The notes below the pieces were generated by a model. The model saw only the letters and a list, made by a program, of their open reading frames with translations. It searched no databases and was not told the origin of the DNA. A stretch of 64,000 nucleotides of DNA from Octopus bimaculoides. Lineage: Eukaryota. Made by a program: the position numbers and the translations under genes. Positions 12,246 to 25,895 of the stretch are shown one piece after another (position 1 is the first letter of the stretch; every line of letters starts with the position of its first letter). Location: the NCBI RefSeq assembly GCF_001194135.2, contig NC_068994.1:60023857-60087856 (forward strand), given 5' to 3'.

Positions 12246-15200
12246 CTTTAAGAATTGAACCTAAACCAACTGGTGGCGCTGGAAGCAACCTTTTCCTAGA
12301 GAAGTGCACAATACACAAAATACTTCAACACAAATTCAGATTCAGTTCGTCTCCGATTACTCGTTATCATTAGTCACTTTTAAAATGATGTCACAAACTT
12401 TTATCCATCATGGTTCCACTAACAATTTGATTTTAAACATCACCATCTAAAGACCTCCAAAGCCACTACAAATGTAAAACTTCACAATCAACCTTACTAG
12501 CATTGGTGGACTGAAAATACTTCAGCACTGACCAATGTGGAACACTTTATAAAGTATTAGCTATACACAAATATCCTCAGCTGCATTCAAGAGAAAACCC
12601 ATTTGACTATACAAAAGGAAAGTAGATTCTGAGAGCAAATGAAATATTCCTTAAATGACTAACAGTGGGTTTTATTAGTTTGTCTCATTTCTTAAAGGAC
12701 AAATAAAAGACCTCTAAGTTACTTGAAAAACATTAATTAATTAATAATAATAAATTTCATTCAATGATTTCACAAATGTTTTGATGTGAGTCAGAAAGGC
12801 TTGCATTTGTGAAACTCTCTGGCTTTTAGTCACTTCCTCTTTCAACTCAGAAATAGGTTTTTTTTTTTTTACAAGAACGTTTCAAGTTTATTAATTCAAA
12901 CTCTACTTTAGACAACCATTATCTACTTTGTTTGGTCCTTAACCGTTTCCTCTGTTAATAGCAACTCACTAAAGCAAATCATTACTACATGACTATAGAT
13001 TCCTGCTATGATATTCAATCTCATAATTTTGATAAGTAGTAGTAGTAGTAGTAGTATGTATAAGTGGTGGTGGTGGTGGTAGTAGTGTATGCATGATAAT
13101 TTCATGTCATTCCCTTGCTGGTTTTAAATTTTAATCACCCCCACCCCATCAGTGTTATCAAGTAATTTCTTGAATGAACACCCTATTACCCATGTACAGC
13201 ACTTGAGGTATTTTCTTTCATTTGTAATACTGATATAATTAGTGTCACATGACCAGAGTACACTAAAGAGGTCTCATAAGACTGAAACATGCATGTTATT
13301 TTCACCAGTCAGCTTGTCTAGTGTCCAAAACTTGATTTATTGTAATTACTTCCCTTATTTTTAGGTTTTAAAACACAACAGGGAGTTTTTGTCTACAAAT
13401 AACGTGGATAATTTCAGTTTTGCTCCTCACTATATATTACATATATAAGACTACTGTTTATTTTATAGAAGTTAAATTTAAGATCTAATTTGGCTCTCTA
13501 CATTCAGCGACACAAGGAAAAGACAGAGCAAAGAAAGCATGCAAATGGCAGCTTTCTTTAGCAGAAATCCTTTATCAGAATTTTTCTCTTGGAAAACTTA
13601 TTAGAGCTTCCAACTTGAAGTTATATTTTAGTTGAAATACAACTTTTGTAAATCAACTGTTTTATTTTATTCTGTTACTTTATTAGTTTTACTAGAAATA
13701 TTTGTTGTATGTCTACAAAGTTTTGCTCAATGTACTGGACAACTTCAATAAATAAAGCACTATCCAAAAAAGGTGGGTATAGAGAAATATGTAAAAATCT
13801 CATACAAGTTAAAATAAATTCAGTTTTAAGAATAATTAACATCTTAATGAAACAGTAAAATATTTTGAATTTTCAACATTCCAAAACTACTGTATAAACC
13901 ATGTTTGTTTTTACTTCTGACAAACAATGAACAGAAGAAATTCATGTTAAGTATACACTGTAAACATAATCTCTAATACTCAGTCTTGACTAACATGGTG
14001 AATGATTAAATCTGTAAGAGTTATCTGATAATTAAAACACAACTAAATTACTCTGTTCTTGCTCTTGGTGAATTCTACAAATGAAATCAAAACCACACAA
14101 GCCTGCCTGCCACAATTAAAAACCTTCAACTTCTAGCAAAACTGAAACTTGGAATTTCAAAGCAGTTTTTATCTGCCACATGCATGGAATCTACAAAAGT
14201 CCCCACTATCTCCTCAATGTGCCACACTCTGTGACATTTGGTAACTTACTATTCTGAGTTTCATTTTAACTGGAGTCAATTAAGTCCACTTTTTTTCTGC
14301 CAGCTGATTTAAGTTTCATCTATGAAGCTCAAATAAACAGACCACTTCTGTTTTACAGAAAAATTACCTCATTCCCAATGAACTGCCCACACAAGACAAC
14401 AAAATACTGTTGCTAAACAAGATGCTGAACTCTATGCAGTCACTTGTCAGAAACAGCAATCAAAGCTCTTTCAAATATCATTCTCTCATCTTCTTCGGAA
14501 AGGTTGCTCTGGATAAAGCAGTTCTGGTTGCATTGTCTGGGGAAAAAGATGTGATGGACATATTTGGAAGACTTTTGCGCATAGACAGGTCTAATGAATC
14601 AAGACCAACTTGGAGCTAAGCGTCAACAAGAAAATACTTCAGTTATTATAGAATGAAGTGGGGCAGGTTCAGAAGTGAAACGTATTCCACACTTATTTCC
14701 ATCAATCTACTTTTCTCAATCCTTCTTCTAGGTATTGATGTTGCTGCTGCTGGCCTTTCACTGCCAAGTATTAAAACAATCCTCATTTTCATTTATTGGC
14801 AGAATTGGTCTTAAAGGAAAACTTTCCTTTGTTTGTCTAATTAATACTATTATAAGAGGCAAGCTAATACCCTAGAGTACAATTTTTGTAACATTGTCTA
14901 TTACAATCAGTCTACACATCTATTAATATATCTGCCTCCCTATTTGCCTCATTCTATCCGTTGTATTAGTAAAATGTTGCGTCACACCTTTTGCATGCTG
15001 AGAGAGATAGAGAGGGGGGGGGGATAGAGAGAACTCAATCATTAAATGTTCTCTTCAGCAGCAGAAGTTGGAGAGCAAACATTACACACACACACACACA
15101 AAACAAACAGATAAATAAAAATGGAAGTTACAAGTGTTTAAAACTCTCCTAAAAAATCGAAGCTGCTCTGATTCCAATATATTCCCAATCACACTAAATC

Positions 15201-16547
15201 ACCATCAAAATATTCAGATCAAAGAATAACTCATCTAAAAATAAATATAGAAATCTTGAAATCTTAATGACTGGCTGTTAAACCTTTTTTTTTAAAGCAT
15301 TACCGAAATTAATATAGGTATGTTATAACCATGGTAACTGTAATGTGAAAATCATTAGCATGCAGATAAATGAGAGTGGTGGCGGAAGGATCTTGTAATT
15401 CAAGATTCTCAAAGAAACATAAATGCTAAGAAATTAAAGATTAATTTCAGTTAAAATATTTCTGAAAGTAAGGTGGAGGTTGTTCACATTTCAACTAGTT
15501 TCAAAGACAGTAGCAGAAATATCAGGCAAAACAAAAAGTATCTCGTGACAGCAGTGGCAGTGATAATGATGATTATCTGGGCTTTCTGTTATGTGAAGAC
15601 CCAAAAGTTTTTAGAACCCAACTAAAAGCACTATCAACAGTTAAGATATGTAAAGAAAATAACTGCAAATTATCAATAGCAAACCTAAAAGTGTATGGCA
15701 AGAATTCCAGTATTTTAGTGGCCCAGGACTTTTGTGTAATAGCAGCATATCTATTACATATCTGTTTATCTGCTTGCATTTTCAATGATGTAAAAAAGAA
15801 ATCATTATTTTACAATAAACTAAGGTGAAAGTGGAGCTGAATTAGTATTGTGTACTACTACTACTACTACTACTACTACTAGCTGTGTGATACACCGATT
15901 AAGAATAGTAAATACTACTGCCCAGAAATGACCCCTAATCTACTTGGAATGCTCCTTACTTTGGCTTACAGCCAGAAATGCCAACAATTTTCGATAAAAT
16001 TTATTTCCATGTTTTTTTTTCACTTTGTTGCCAATATTATTATCCAAACATTTCAATTACTCGATCTTCTGGAGTTATCTTCTGGTTTTTAGATTTTAAA
16101 TATCTCTAGAGAGAGAGATTCTGTTTATTAATTGCTTGGATTGTCTCAAATGATGAAAGTCTTCAACTCACTGTGTCAGATGAGTGACACCCTACCATAT
16201 TTGCAGTCTGTTGAAATGCCACACTGTACACACTAACATCTTCTAACCATTAATTCATTATATTATTCCATGACTAATTCTAATCTCTGATACCAAACAA
16301 TATATCTGCTCTTTTCCTATAACAGCCAAGGCCATCATTTGATGTGCTATTTTCCTAGGAGTACCAAAGGAAAATGAAGGCGCTTAGATATAATATTAGA
16401 ATTTTATAAAACATTAAATAACTAAAACTAAGAGCTACCGCTTCATAGTTTCCCAAAGACAATAATCGAATTTAATGTCTGCGTTTTATTGATGAAAACT
16501 GAAAGCAGTGTGTTTCATATATCTCTGGTTAGTCTTAATAACTTTAA

Positions 16548-16757
16548 CCCTTGAGCATTCAGATTACTGTCAAATTAGGTTATTCACATTGTTCTGAATT
16601 AATCATGCATTATCTTGTAGCTTCAAGGTTTCAGTGACGTTATCATTTATGCTTAGGATGACATTGTAGGGTTGGGCATGAGGCCAGATTTGGCCGGTTT
16701 GAATATAAAACAGGTAGAATATTTGAGCCTGACTTGACCAGCTTAAATACTAAAGGG
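16548..16757 (+). mobile_element. piggyBac-type MITE, family 2
   Basis: TTAA|CCCTTGAGCATT...AATACTAAAGGG|TTAA, 210 bp. Confidence 0.8.
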
Positions 16758-16905
16758 TTAAAAGAAGCTAATCAGGTAAAACTAATGACAGAGTTGAACC
16801 AAAAACAAGTAAAATTAAAGAAACAAGGAAATAATTAATCAAAAGAATATTGGAAAATAGAAATAAGAAAGAGAGGGGGAAGAAAACACCTAAATGATAA
16901 TTTCT

Positions 16906-16939
<34 letters not shown>

Positions 16940-17179
16940 CAGTAGGCAATCACATGATAACTGTAACAAAAACCAGAAGTATCCACCCTAAATGGGAACA
17001 AACAACCAGAACCTCTGGAGTGGTGAGCTTCTCCACTTTCCTGATCTAAAAATCTCAACAAAGAAACATTCAATTAATGAAGATCAGAGTAAAAAAGCTA
17101 AGAGTGAAATAAGGAGCAAAATAAAAGGTCAATAATGAAAATCTAAGAAAGCTGTTCAATATAGACATAATTGAGGAGA

Positions 17180-17524
17180 TGAGACCCTCTTTGGTCATGA
17201 ATGACCATGGGATTGCACCTAGAAAGTTCCCCTCTGAGGCACAAGTCCAGGCAAGGTTGTTTATGGAAGACCAGCAGTCGCCCATGCATACCAGCCCCCC
17301 CTCTCCACGCCACCAATGTTATCCAAGGGAAAGGCAAAGGGGCTGATACAGCTTGGCACCAGTGACATCACAACTCATTTCTACAGCTGAGTTAACTGGA
17401 GCAATGTAAAATAACGTGTCTTGCTCAAGAACACAACATGCAGCCTGGTCTGGGAAGCGAACTCGCGAACTCACAACCTCACAATCGTAAGCTCGATGCT
17501 CTAACCACTGAGCCATGCACCTTC
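17180..17524 (-). mobile_element. tRNA-derived SINE with intact Pol III boxes
   Basis: Minus strand: A box TGGCTCAGTGG (17515-17505), B box GAGTTCGCTTCC (17464-17453, 5' half duplicated), then GTGTTCTTGAGCAAGACAC central domain; low decay. Confidence 0.8.
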
Positions 17525-17737
17525 ACTAATTAAGAATTCAGAAACAAGTGAACCTCACCCACATATAAGGTTAGGGTGAACTAGAAATTGTGAACTAGAA
17601 AAGATTAAAGTAAGGATTTTTGTTATATTAAGACTACATAAGATTTGGTTGTAATAGAAATATATCTTAAGAATACAAGTCTTGATGAAAGACATAGGAT
17701 GTTTAGTTTAAAGAGCTTATTGAATCAAAGGACCTAC

Positions 17738-17983
17738 CTCGGAATCCACTATTACTACGATAAGCAGAGTGTGGCATCAGAAGTTCGGTAATCTGCTGCA
17801 AGGCGAGACTCGCAGGGTGGTGGCCAGCTTTCATATGTTCGTGGACAATTTGCTCCAATTCTTCTCGAAAGGCTTCGCTATTCAGCACAATGGAGACACG
17901 TCTGCGGTCCTCCATTTGCTTTACATCTTCTTTTACAACAGCTGGTCGTTGCTTCTGACGAATGTATTCTGGATCATCTGGAT
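17738..17983 (-). CDS. add1: Adducin coding exon 2 (DPDDPEYIRQKQRPAVVKEDVKQMEDRRRVSIVLNSEAFREELEQIVHEHMKAGHHPASLALQQITELLMPHSAYRSNSGFR)
   Basis: Acceptor TTTTCTTCAG at 17984; donor GAG|GTAGGT at 17737; 246 nt, phase 1-1; resembles the adducin N-terminal motifs RVSMILQSPAFCEELE and LALQQI. Confidence 0.95.
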
Positions 17984-18124
17984 CTGAAGAAAATCAAAAC
18001 AGATCTTAGAATAAAACAAAATTACAAACAACAGCTCAAAGATAGAAACTTGAAATGGCAATCAAATCTACAATGAAACATTAAAAACAAAAATTGGCAA
18101 CAATGATTCTGTCCATTTAAAAAG

Positions 18125-18400
18125 TGGCTCCCGTGCTGGTGGCACGTAAAAAGCACCATTCAAGCGTGGTCGATGCCAGTGCCACCTGACTGACTCCCGT
18201 GCCAGTGGTATGTTAAAAGCACCCACTACGGTCTCGGAGTGGTTGGCATCAGGAAGGGCATCCAGCAGTAGAAACTTTGCCAAGTCAGATTGGAGCCTGG
18301 TGCAACCTTCTGGCTTGCCAGACCTCGGTCAAACCATCCAACCTATGCCAGCATGGAAAGCAGACATTAAACAATAATGATGATGATGATGATGATGAAC
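18125..18400 (+). mobile_element. RTE 3' tail copy with (GAT)n
   Basis: GCTGGTGGCACGTAAAAAGCACC...GGTTGGCATCAGGAAGGGCATCCAGC...CCAACCTATGCCAGCATGGAAAGC..(GAT)n. Confidence 0.8.
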
Positions 18401-19625
18401 CAGAATTAATATTGCTAATATATGCAATTGGAGGTCTTTTAAGAGGGTTTCTTTTACTGGTAAAATATATGCAAGTCCCATAAAATCAACTTGTCAAATA
18501 CATTTTTAAATTTCAGTTCTACTTTATTTATGAATGTAAGACAAAGCATAACCAATTTAAATCATTTTCTGTTCAAATATGAGCCAACATTCAAAAATCA
18601 AAAAATACTAAACATTATTTTAGCTATGAATTTATCATCATCATCATCATTTAACATCTATTTTTACATGCTTGCATGGGTCAGACAGATTTTTCTACAG
18701 TCAGATGCCTTTCCTCACATCACTCCTCACTTGATTCTAAGCAAGATAAGATTTCCCAATGGCCAGACATGTTCTACACAGAAGACTGGGAACAAACAAC
18801 CTAACTTGTAAGATTAGTAATGCTCATTTGCAACCATCACGTGATGTCAAGACAAGAGTACACACACACACAAACAGGCAGGCTTTGCTTAGAGCTATAT
18901 AGTAGAAGACACTTGGCCAATGAACTACACTGTGGGACTGAACCCAAGACTCACAAGGGAAGCATGCTTCTTAACCACACAGCCATGCCTGCATCTCTAA
19001 GTTTATATTTTACTATAAAAATTATTTTAGCTAACATTTTCAAAAGAATTTGTTAATATTTTTACAACCCTCTTTTGAGTTGTTGTTTAGAGACTATTTT
19101 AAAATTGTCTAGTGTAATTTAGCAAGGCTATGAAAAATGATGCAATTTAGATAAATGTTAGACAAGATGAGTTGAGAATAGAAAGAACTGCATTGGCTTC
19201 ATTGTTGAGATTTTGGGTCAGTATTAATGGGATGAATTGTACTTAGAGAGATTTCATCTGTATTTACAAGAATAGAAAACTGAAAAAGCAAGACAATCTT
19301 TGCAGGCCACAAAATGGATCGTAAATACTACTTGCAGGGCCTCAACAGTTTATAGATAAAAAACGTTATCAATAGGTAACAAAATCATACAAAAGAAGCT
19401 TGGGGTTGCATCTCAGCCCTCAAATAAAACCAGTTTATAACCATGTTGAATATTTTGATTAACAGTAGATCCGTGAATGTAAAATTTACAGTTGATCCTA
19501 GACAATATCTGTCTTAAAATTATCTATTTTCTGTGGTATGATTTACAGATATGTCAATCTGGCCAAAAAGATAGCGGCATTAGAAGAGAAGAATTTGGCA
19601 TTTCAGAGAGATATCTGAAATGCCA

Positions 19626-19666
<41 letters not shown>

Positions 19667-21450
19667 AGAGGTTGACGCCTACTGTACAACATCTAAATAG
19701 TGGTGATGTCATCAGATTTTGTTTGTGTTTCATGTAAAAATAAAAATTCAACAACAATTACATTCACAGAATTACAAATGGTGATGAGAAACAAGAAAAT
19801 TCTTCTGTAGCCAGACAACAAACAGGTCTCAGGTTTAAGAAATACTATCTACCATAGTCTGTGTTCGATGATGACGATGATGATGATGAGGAAGAGGCAC
19901 AAAAATTGATTTCTATAAAATATTAATGTAAAAACTATCAATTTCTAGCTTGACTCACCCTGTTCCCAACATTAATATTTTTGTGTGACACTTTCAGCCA
20001 TTAAACTAGTTAGGACTGAACAGTTTGACAGAAAAAGAAAAAATTTCAGCTTTCAATAATGAAAGACACACATCGTCTTCTTTCAAAACTTTGATCACAA
20101 GATCAATCAGATTCATAAGATGTTATACAATGCGCTTTACATCGTTTCAGTACCTGAATGATGCCACTCCACTGACGAATTTTTTTTCCTTTCAATAATT
20201 AAAAATTCTTACAAGTCATACTAAATGTGGATCTAAAGCTCAAGTATGACCGCTAGTTTTTCTAAGAAAATATACTTAATGAAAGAATGGGGAAATAAAT
20301 TTGCATCTGAAAATTGGGAATAATTTCCAGGGTTAATTTGCAGAAACTTCAATGAATCCTGTTTTGTCTTTCAGTGGAACAATGAAGTCTAATATAAGAT
20401 CCAGGTTGTTATAGAAACTATCATTTTATGTTAAATTGCTTTTTAATTGGCCGTCTTAAGAGCTGGACACCCACAACCTATATGGAAGCTGGTAAGAGAC
20501 AACATGAAAAGAAAAAGAATCCAGACAATTGTGAATTTGAAGAGATGACAGTGTGTGATAAATTAGAAATACCCGAACAAAGGAATGAGTTTCTAAGTTA
20601 CACTTGTAGGGGGGGGCGGAAGGTGTATTCTATGTGCAGTGATGATCAGCAGGGGTTAAANNNNNNNNNNNNNNNNNNNNNNNNNNNNNNNNNNNNNNNN
20701 NNNNNNNNNNNNNNNNNNNNNNNNNNNNNNNNNNNNNNNNNNNNNNNNNNNNNNNNNNNNNNNNNNNNNNNNNNNNNNNNNNNNNNNNNNNNNNNNNNNN
20801 NNNNNNNNNNNNNNNNNNNNNNNNNNNNNNNNNNNNNNNNNNNNNNNNNNNNNNNNNNNNNNNNNNNNNNNNNNNNNNNNNNNNNNNNNNNNNNNNNNNN
20901 NNNNNNNNNNNNNNNNNNNNNNNNNNNNNNNNNNNNNNNNNNNNNNNNNNNNNNNNNNNNNNNNNNNNNNNNNNNNNNNNNNNNNNNNNNNNNNNNNNNN
21001 NNNNNNNNNGGGAAATGATCTTATTTGGTATGCTGGGAAGAATTTAATTTATATAATTAGGCTAATTAGTCAGATGCCAGGAGCTAAAATAACACGAGTA
21101 GCTATAGATTAAAGAATGCACAACACCAAGTGTTCGAACCCATTACACAGAACCTTGGGTATCTTCTGTCAAAGCTCAGGTTGGGTGATTCCTGCCCAAT
21201 GGAATTTATTAAATGAAACTAAACTGTGTAAAAGCCTGTCATATATTTATGTGTATTCTTTTATTCTTTTACTTGTTTCAGTCATTTGGCTGTGGCCATG
21301 CTGGAGCTGGGCTAGTCTTTATCAACCCCAAGAGGAGGCAAGTCAAAGCTGACCTGTGAGATTTCAACCCTGAAATCTAAAAAAAATCCTCAACAAATCC
21401 ATCAATATATTTTGTTCAATACTCTCATGATTTTGCCAATCCACCATTCA

Positions 21451-21485
<35 letters not shown>

Positions 21486-24400
21486 TAATAATAATAATAG
21501 TAACAATAAATTCTAACGTAAGCACAACACCAAAGAGGATGTCCCAAGTCAATAAAATAAAGTCAAGTGCCCAAGTACTTTATTTAATTGAAAGCAAAGC
21601 CAATCTTGGCAAAATTTCAATTCAGAACATAAAGGACTATCACAAACTACCACAAGGCATTTTGTCCAATGCTCTGACAATTCTGCCTAACTGCTGCCCT
21701 CCCAACAATGATGGTGGCAATAATAATAATAATAATAATGTGGTATTAACAGAGAATTAACAGTAGTTCATGCTTTCATTGGATCAAGCAAGTCAATAAA
21801 AAGTATAACAAAAATAAATACAAAAGTAAAAACTTGTTTTGCAAAATAAAATAGCAGAAGAAAACTATCCAAGTCTACTTTAGAATTGCATTCTTCAAAA
21901 TTACATCAAGTATAAGAAAACAATCTACAAACTGAAAACACATGTGGTAGAAATATTTCTGTTTTAAAGTGAATCTACCATAAAGCTGTCTGGCAAATAA
22001 TTTACAGAAATGTGCAACATCAAATCAATTTTAAAACAACTTTACAATTTGCAAAACTGAAAATATTTGCTATAATTCTTATCAATTCTTTTGTCTTTCA
22101 CAAGTTGAAATCCTCTTTCTACAACTTGCCATATAATAAAAATGTTGAACCTATTGTACACTAAACCTGGTTGGAAAAGAGTAGAAGCAGGGACAAAATT
22201 GTAGCAACAAGTTAAGGACAGCTGAGATAGCAAGGGGACACAAAATATTTCCTCCACTTAAACCTGCTTACTGTGGTCAACTCTCACTTCTGCTCTCAAT
22301 TAGATCAGATCCTGTAATCTATAAATACTACATGATTTTAGTGATTTTAATAATCCATGTAAAGTAAGAATGATAAAAGATCCATACAGAAACACTGGTG
22401 AGAATAACACTTAAAATAAAGGACATGATGCTGACAGTAGTTTTTAGGTCATAACTCTCCTGTGTAAAAAAAAACAAATACATTTTACTTGCTCCAGAGT
22501 TTTGGTAGGTTTTTATGAAGGATATTTTTGTTGTAAAAGCCAAGCTATTTTGACGTAGAATGAAACTAATTTGACATCTCTTCTCTGAGTACAGCTTTCT
22601 TATCTGGGGTGTTTGCATCACATACCATAGCCAACCGATAAAGATTTTGATTAAAACATAACAGCATCACCAGAACCAGTACACAAAGAGATACTTATCT
22701 ATCAAAAATAAATGTAATTCCAAAAATTAAACATATTCCTCCTATTAAGTGGCAAATATTTCCAGGAGTGTCAATTTTCATTCCACAATTTACTAATCAT
22801 ATAAAATGCCTAACAAAACAGGGTTTATTGCTTGATTTATGAATTGTCATAATTAAACGTCCTAATTATGACAGTGTAGCTAAATAAAAATTATTTTTAG
22901 ACCAAGTTGAGTTTTAATAATTTTAGTCCCATTAAAGCCACTCGTTTTCGAGATGAATGAAAAAACGGACAGGAATGAAGTCAGGATTGAGAAGAAGATC
23001 ATGTTGGTGTAGATTTGGCCATTAGTCTTTAGCCAGGAAAATCAAATAATACAAAATACAGCATCCAAGCCAATCTTTATGAAATTATTTCTAGTCTTGT
23101 TCTAAATCAGCTTTGGGGGTTATAAGGCCCATTAAGAAGATCCAATACAGTACAAGTTTCACTGAGAACAGCTGGGAAGTTCTAATGGCACTGAAGCTAA
23201 TGAGACCCAACAATGTTAAAAGTTCACTTCTTTTTTTGGTTGTTAGAGCAACATTTTCTCTCTAATGGTTGGAACCACAAAACAGTTTTAGAGCAACACC
23301 AGAAATAGTGGTAAATATAAAATTCATTCATTTAGATGACACACACACAATTTTAAAATTTCTTAGAAGATATTTATGAAACTACAAGGAAAAAAAATCC
23401 TCTTTGCAAAGAATCAACCTTAAAATGCCATCCAGCATAGAAACCAGTGAAGAATGTGAAATGGGAAAATGCAACAACATTTATTCAACATTTTATAAGA
23501 GCAAACCTTCATTTGGAATGTTTCCAGTTGGCAAGTACAGTATTTATGGTAGGAAAATGTCACAGTTCAACGTAATTGCAGACTTAGCAAATATGTTTGT
23601 CGATTTCTTACTGATAAGAAATAACATTTTAAATTTTAATTCAATTAATATAGAAAAATTATATCATAACAACATTATAATATGGAGTACCATGTATTCT
23701 ATGATGGAGCACTGTACAGTATAATATCCAAGTGTAAAGCAAAAAGTTTGGCTTTTTATTTATCAGAGACAGAGTAAAGTAACTCCTTCTGTAATCATTG
23801 TTTGTATGAAGCAATGTATGGAGGATAGAGTGAAGTGTAATATCTCAAATCAAACAAGTAACAGCCTTTAATCTGCTGGATGATTCCACTACACAGCATA
23901 ATTGTTTTTAGTCAGAGCACCATCTACTTGGAAACAAGTCTAGTAAATCAGAAATCCTTCCTATGCTCTCAATTCTGTCCTTATGGGGGAAACACAGAAT
24001 ATGTTTAAGTTTTATGATAATGACTTGGCACATTAAGAATGTTGAAGATTTAAACTGCTTCACTTGAAACTCTCAACAAGAAATGCCATTGCTAAAACTT
24101 AGCATTGCTTTGGTCAACCTACAGCCCTTAAATGAAGATGTTGCTTGAATTTAAGGGAATTAAAACTAGGGTAGGATGGCTTGACAGGAACTGGCAAAGC
24201 CAGGGACTGCACAAGGGTTCTACAGTCTCTTTTGGCTTGGTTCCTACAGCTGGATGCCCAGCACTTTTTACGTGGCACAATGTGTTGATATGATTTTACA
24301 GCTTATTTCAGCTCCATTCACCAAATCAAATTCAACAGGAGATATTTTACTAAGATAAACATTACATTCCTTCCTGATATTTTCTCATAAGTATTTACCA

Positions 24401-25002
24401 TGTTACTATGAAATTCCTAGCAAGCAGATTAAGGTTGAATTGTTAACATTTCATTTGTTAAGATTGTGGGATTAAGTCAATATAAAACAAGATTTATCAT
24501 TTAGAAAAGTAATAAGTGTCTCATTAAGAAGTATTTGTATACATTTGTGTAATGAGTCAGTTGTCAAGTGTTTTGTTTAGACTTGACGAGGTGTGTGTGT
24601 GTGTGTGTGTCTCGACATTAATGAACCTAATGTTTCATTAGAGAATGTTGGTAACATTTAAAAGTACCATCAGATTATCTCAATCTGTTTAACTTAGAAA
24701 AACCAAACCAGTAAAGCATTCGAGAGACGCAGAGAATTAAAGAAAAAATATTCATCTCCAGTTATTCCCTTTTTCCTGATGAACGAGCAAAAATATAATT
24801 TTGGTTGAAATTCCATTATTCCAAACAGGAAAATCTACAGGCTAGAAAACCCCTTGCCTGTTCACATTCACCCCCACCCCATACAATTACTTGGGTCTTT
24901 TTTAAAATCTAAATTGCAATTATGGAAAATAATTTCATGAAAAGTATTATTGTATAAGATATGAGAACTATTATAATAAATTAGCCTAACAACCATTTAA
25001 AA

Positions 25003-25192
25003 CAGAGGTTCTCAACTATTTATGGTGGTGAACCACTGCCCCACAGCCATTCAATGTTTAAAAAATCCTATTATACTTTTATAATTAAATATTATTAGGA
25101 AAAAAATACTGTGTGTATTGTAGAAGTCAGCAATTTATTACAGATAAATTTTAACAACAAAATCTTACATGGACTTCAGTTGAAAACCACTG
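25003..25192. mobile_element. hAT/Charlie-type MITE
   Basis: TIRs CAGAGGTTCTCAAC / GTTGAAAACCACTG; 8-bp flanks ATTTAAAA / CTTTAAAA (7/8 match, central TA). Confidence 0.75.
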
Positions 25193-25532
25193 CTTTAAAA
25201 TAAAGTGAGTTTAACAAAAATTAAAAAAGAAACATCTTTTTTTTAATTAATCCTGAGGGAAATGCTATATTATCAATCAATAAAGATTAATAGAGCTTTC
25301 AGGATTATCTCAAACATTATATAATTCAAAATTAACTCTAAAATCTAAATCTATGAAACTGCTTGAGAAGGTTTGTGTAAAATACATGAAACACTTTGAA
25401 ATGAGGAACTTGTTTTAAAACTAAAAAACAATGCTAAATTTCAAAACAAAATGATTTTTACATCATTTTGTAACGAGAAAATCAGCTACATGATCAAACA
25501 GTGGATTTCAAATAGAAGCTCAGCGTTAATGC

Positions 25533-25533
25533 T

Positions 25534-25629
<96 letters not shown>
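25533..25629. repeat. (TA)n microsatellite
   Basis: Direct observation; others near 27014, 40278, 44008 and 60942. Confidence 0.95.
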
Positions 25630-25895
25630 CTTTTACTTGTTTCAGTCATTAGACTGCAGCCACGCTTAAGCACCAACTTGAAAAACTTTAGTTAAACAAA
25701 TCAGCTCCAGTACTTATCTTTTTTAAAGCTTGGTTTTTATTCTATTGCTCTCTTACACACGCACACAGAATTTCCATCTACCAAATCCACTCACAAGGTT
25801 ATAGTAAAAAATACTTGCCCATGGTGCCACACAGTAGGAGTGAACCCAGAGCCTTGTGGTTGAAAAGCAAACATTTTACCACACAGCCACACCTA
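25630..25895 (-). mobile_element. CORE-like tRNA SINE with LINE-type 3' tail
   Basis: Tail CTTTTACTTGTTTCAGTCATTAGACTGCAGCCACGC; central ATACTTGCCCATGGTGCCAC; tRNA head TTTTACCACACAGCCAC; internally deleted. Confidence 0.7.

Noticed and set aside
14410-14619. Plus-strand 69-aa ORF
   Set aside because: No recognisable homology or plus-strand splice context.
17319-17516. tRNA-like sequence and a 65-aa ORF
   Set aside because: It is a SINE head followed by SINE body; no complete cloverleaf or terminator.
24765-24830. CTGATGA...GAAA spacing resembling a hammerhead
   Set aside because: Helix II does not close at the core and no helix I partner follows a valid NUH triplet.
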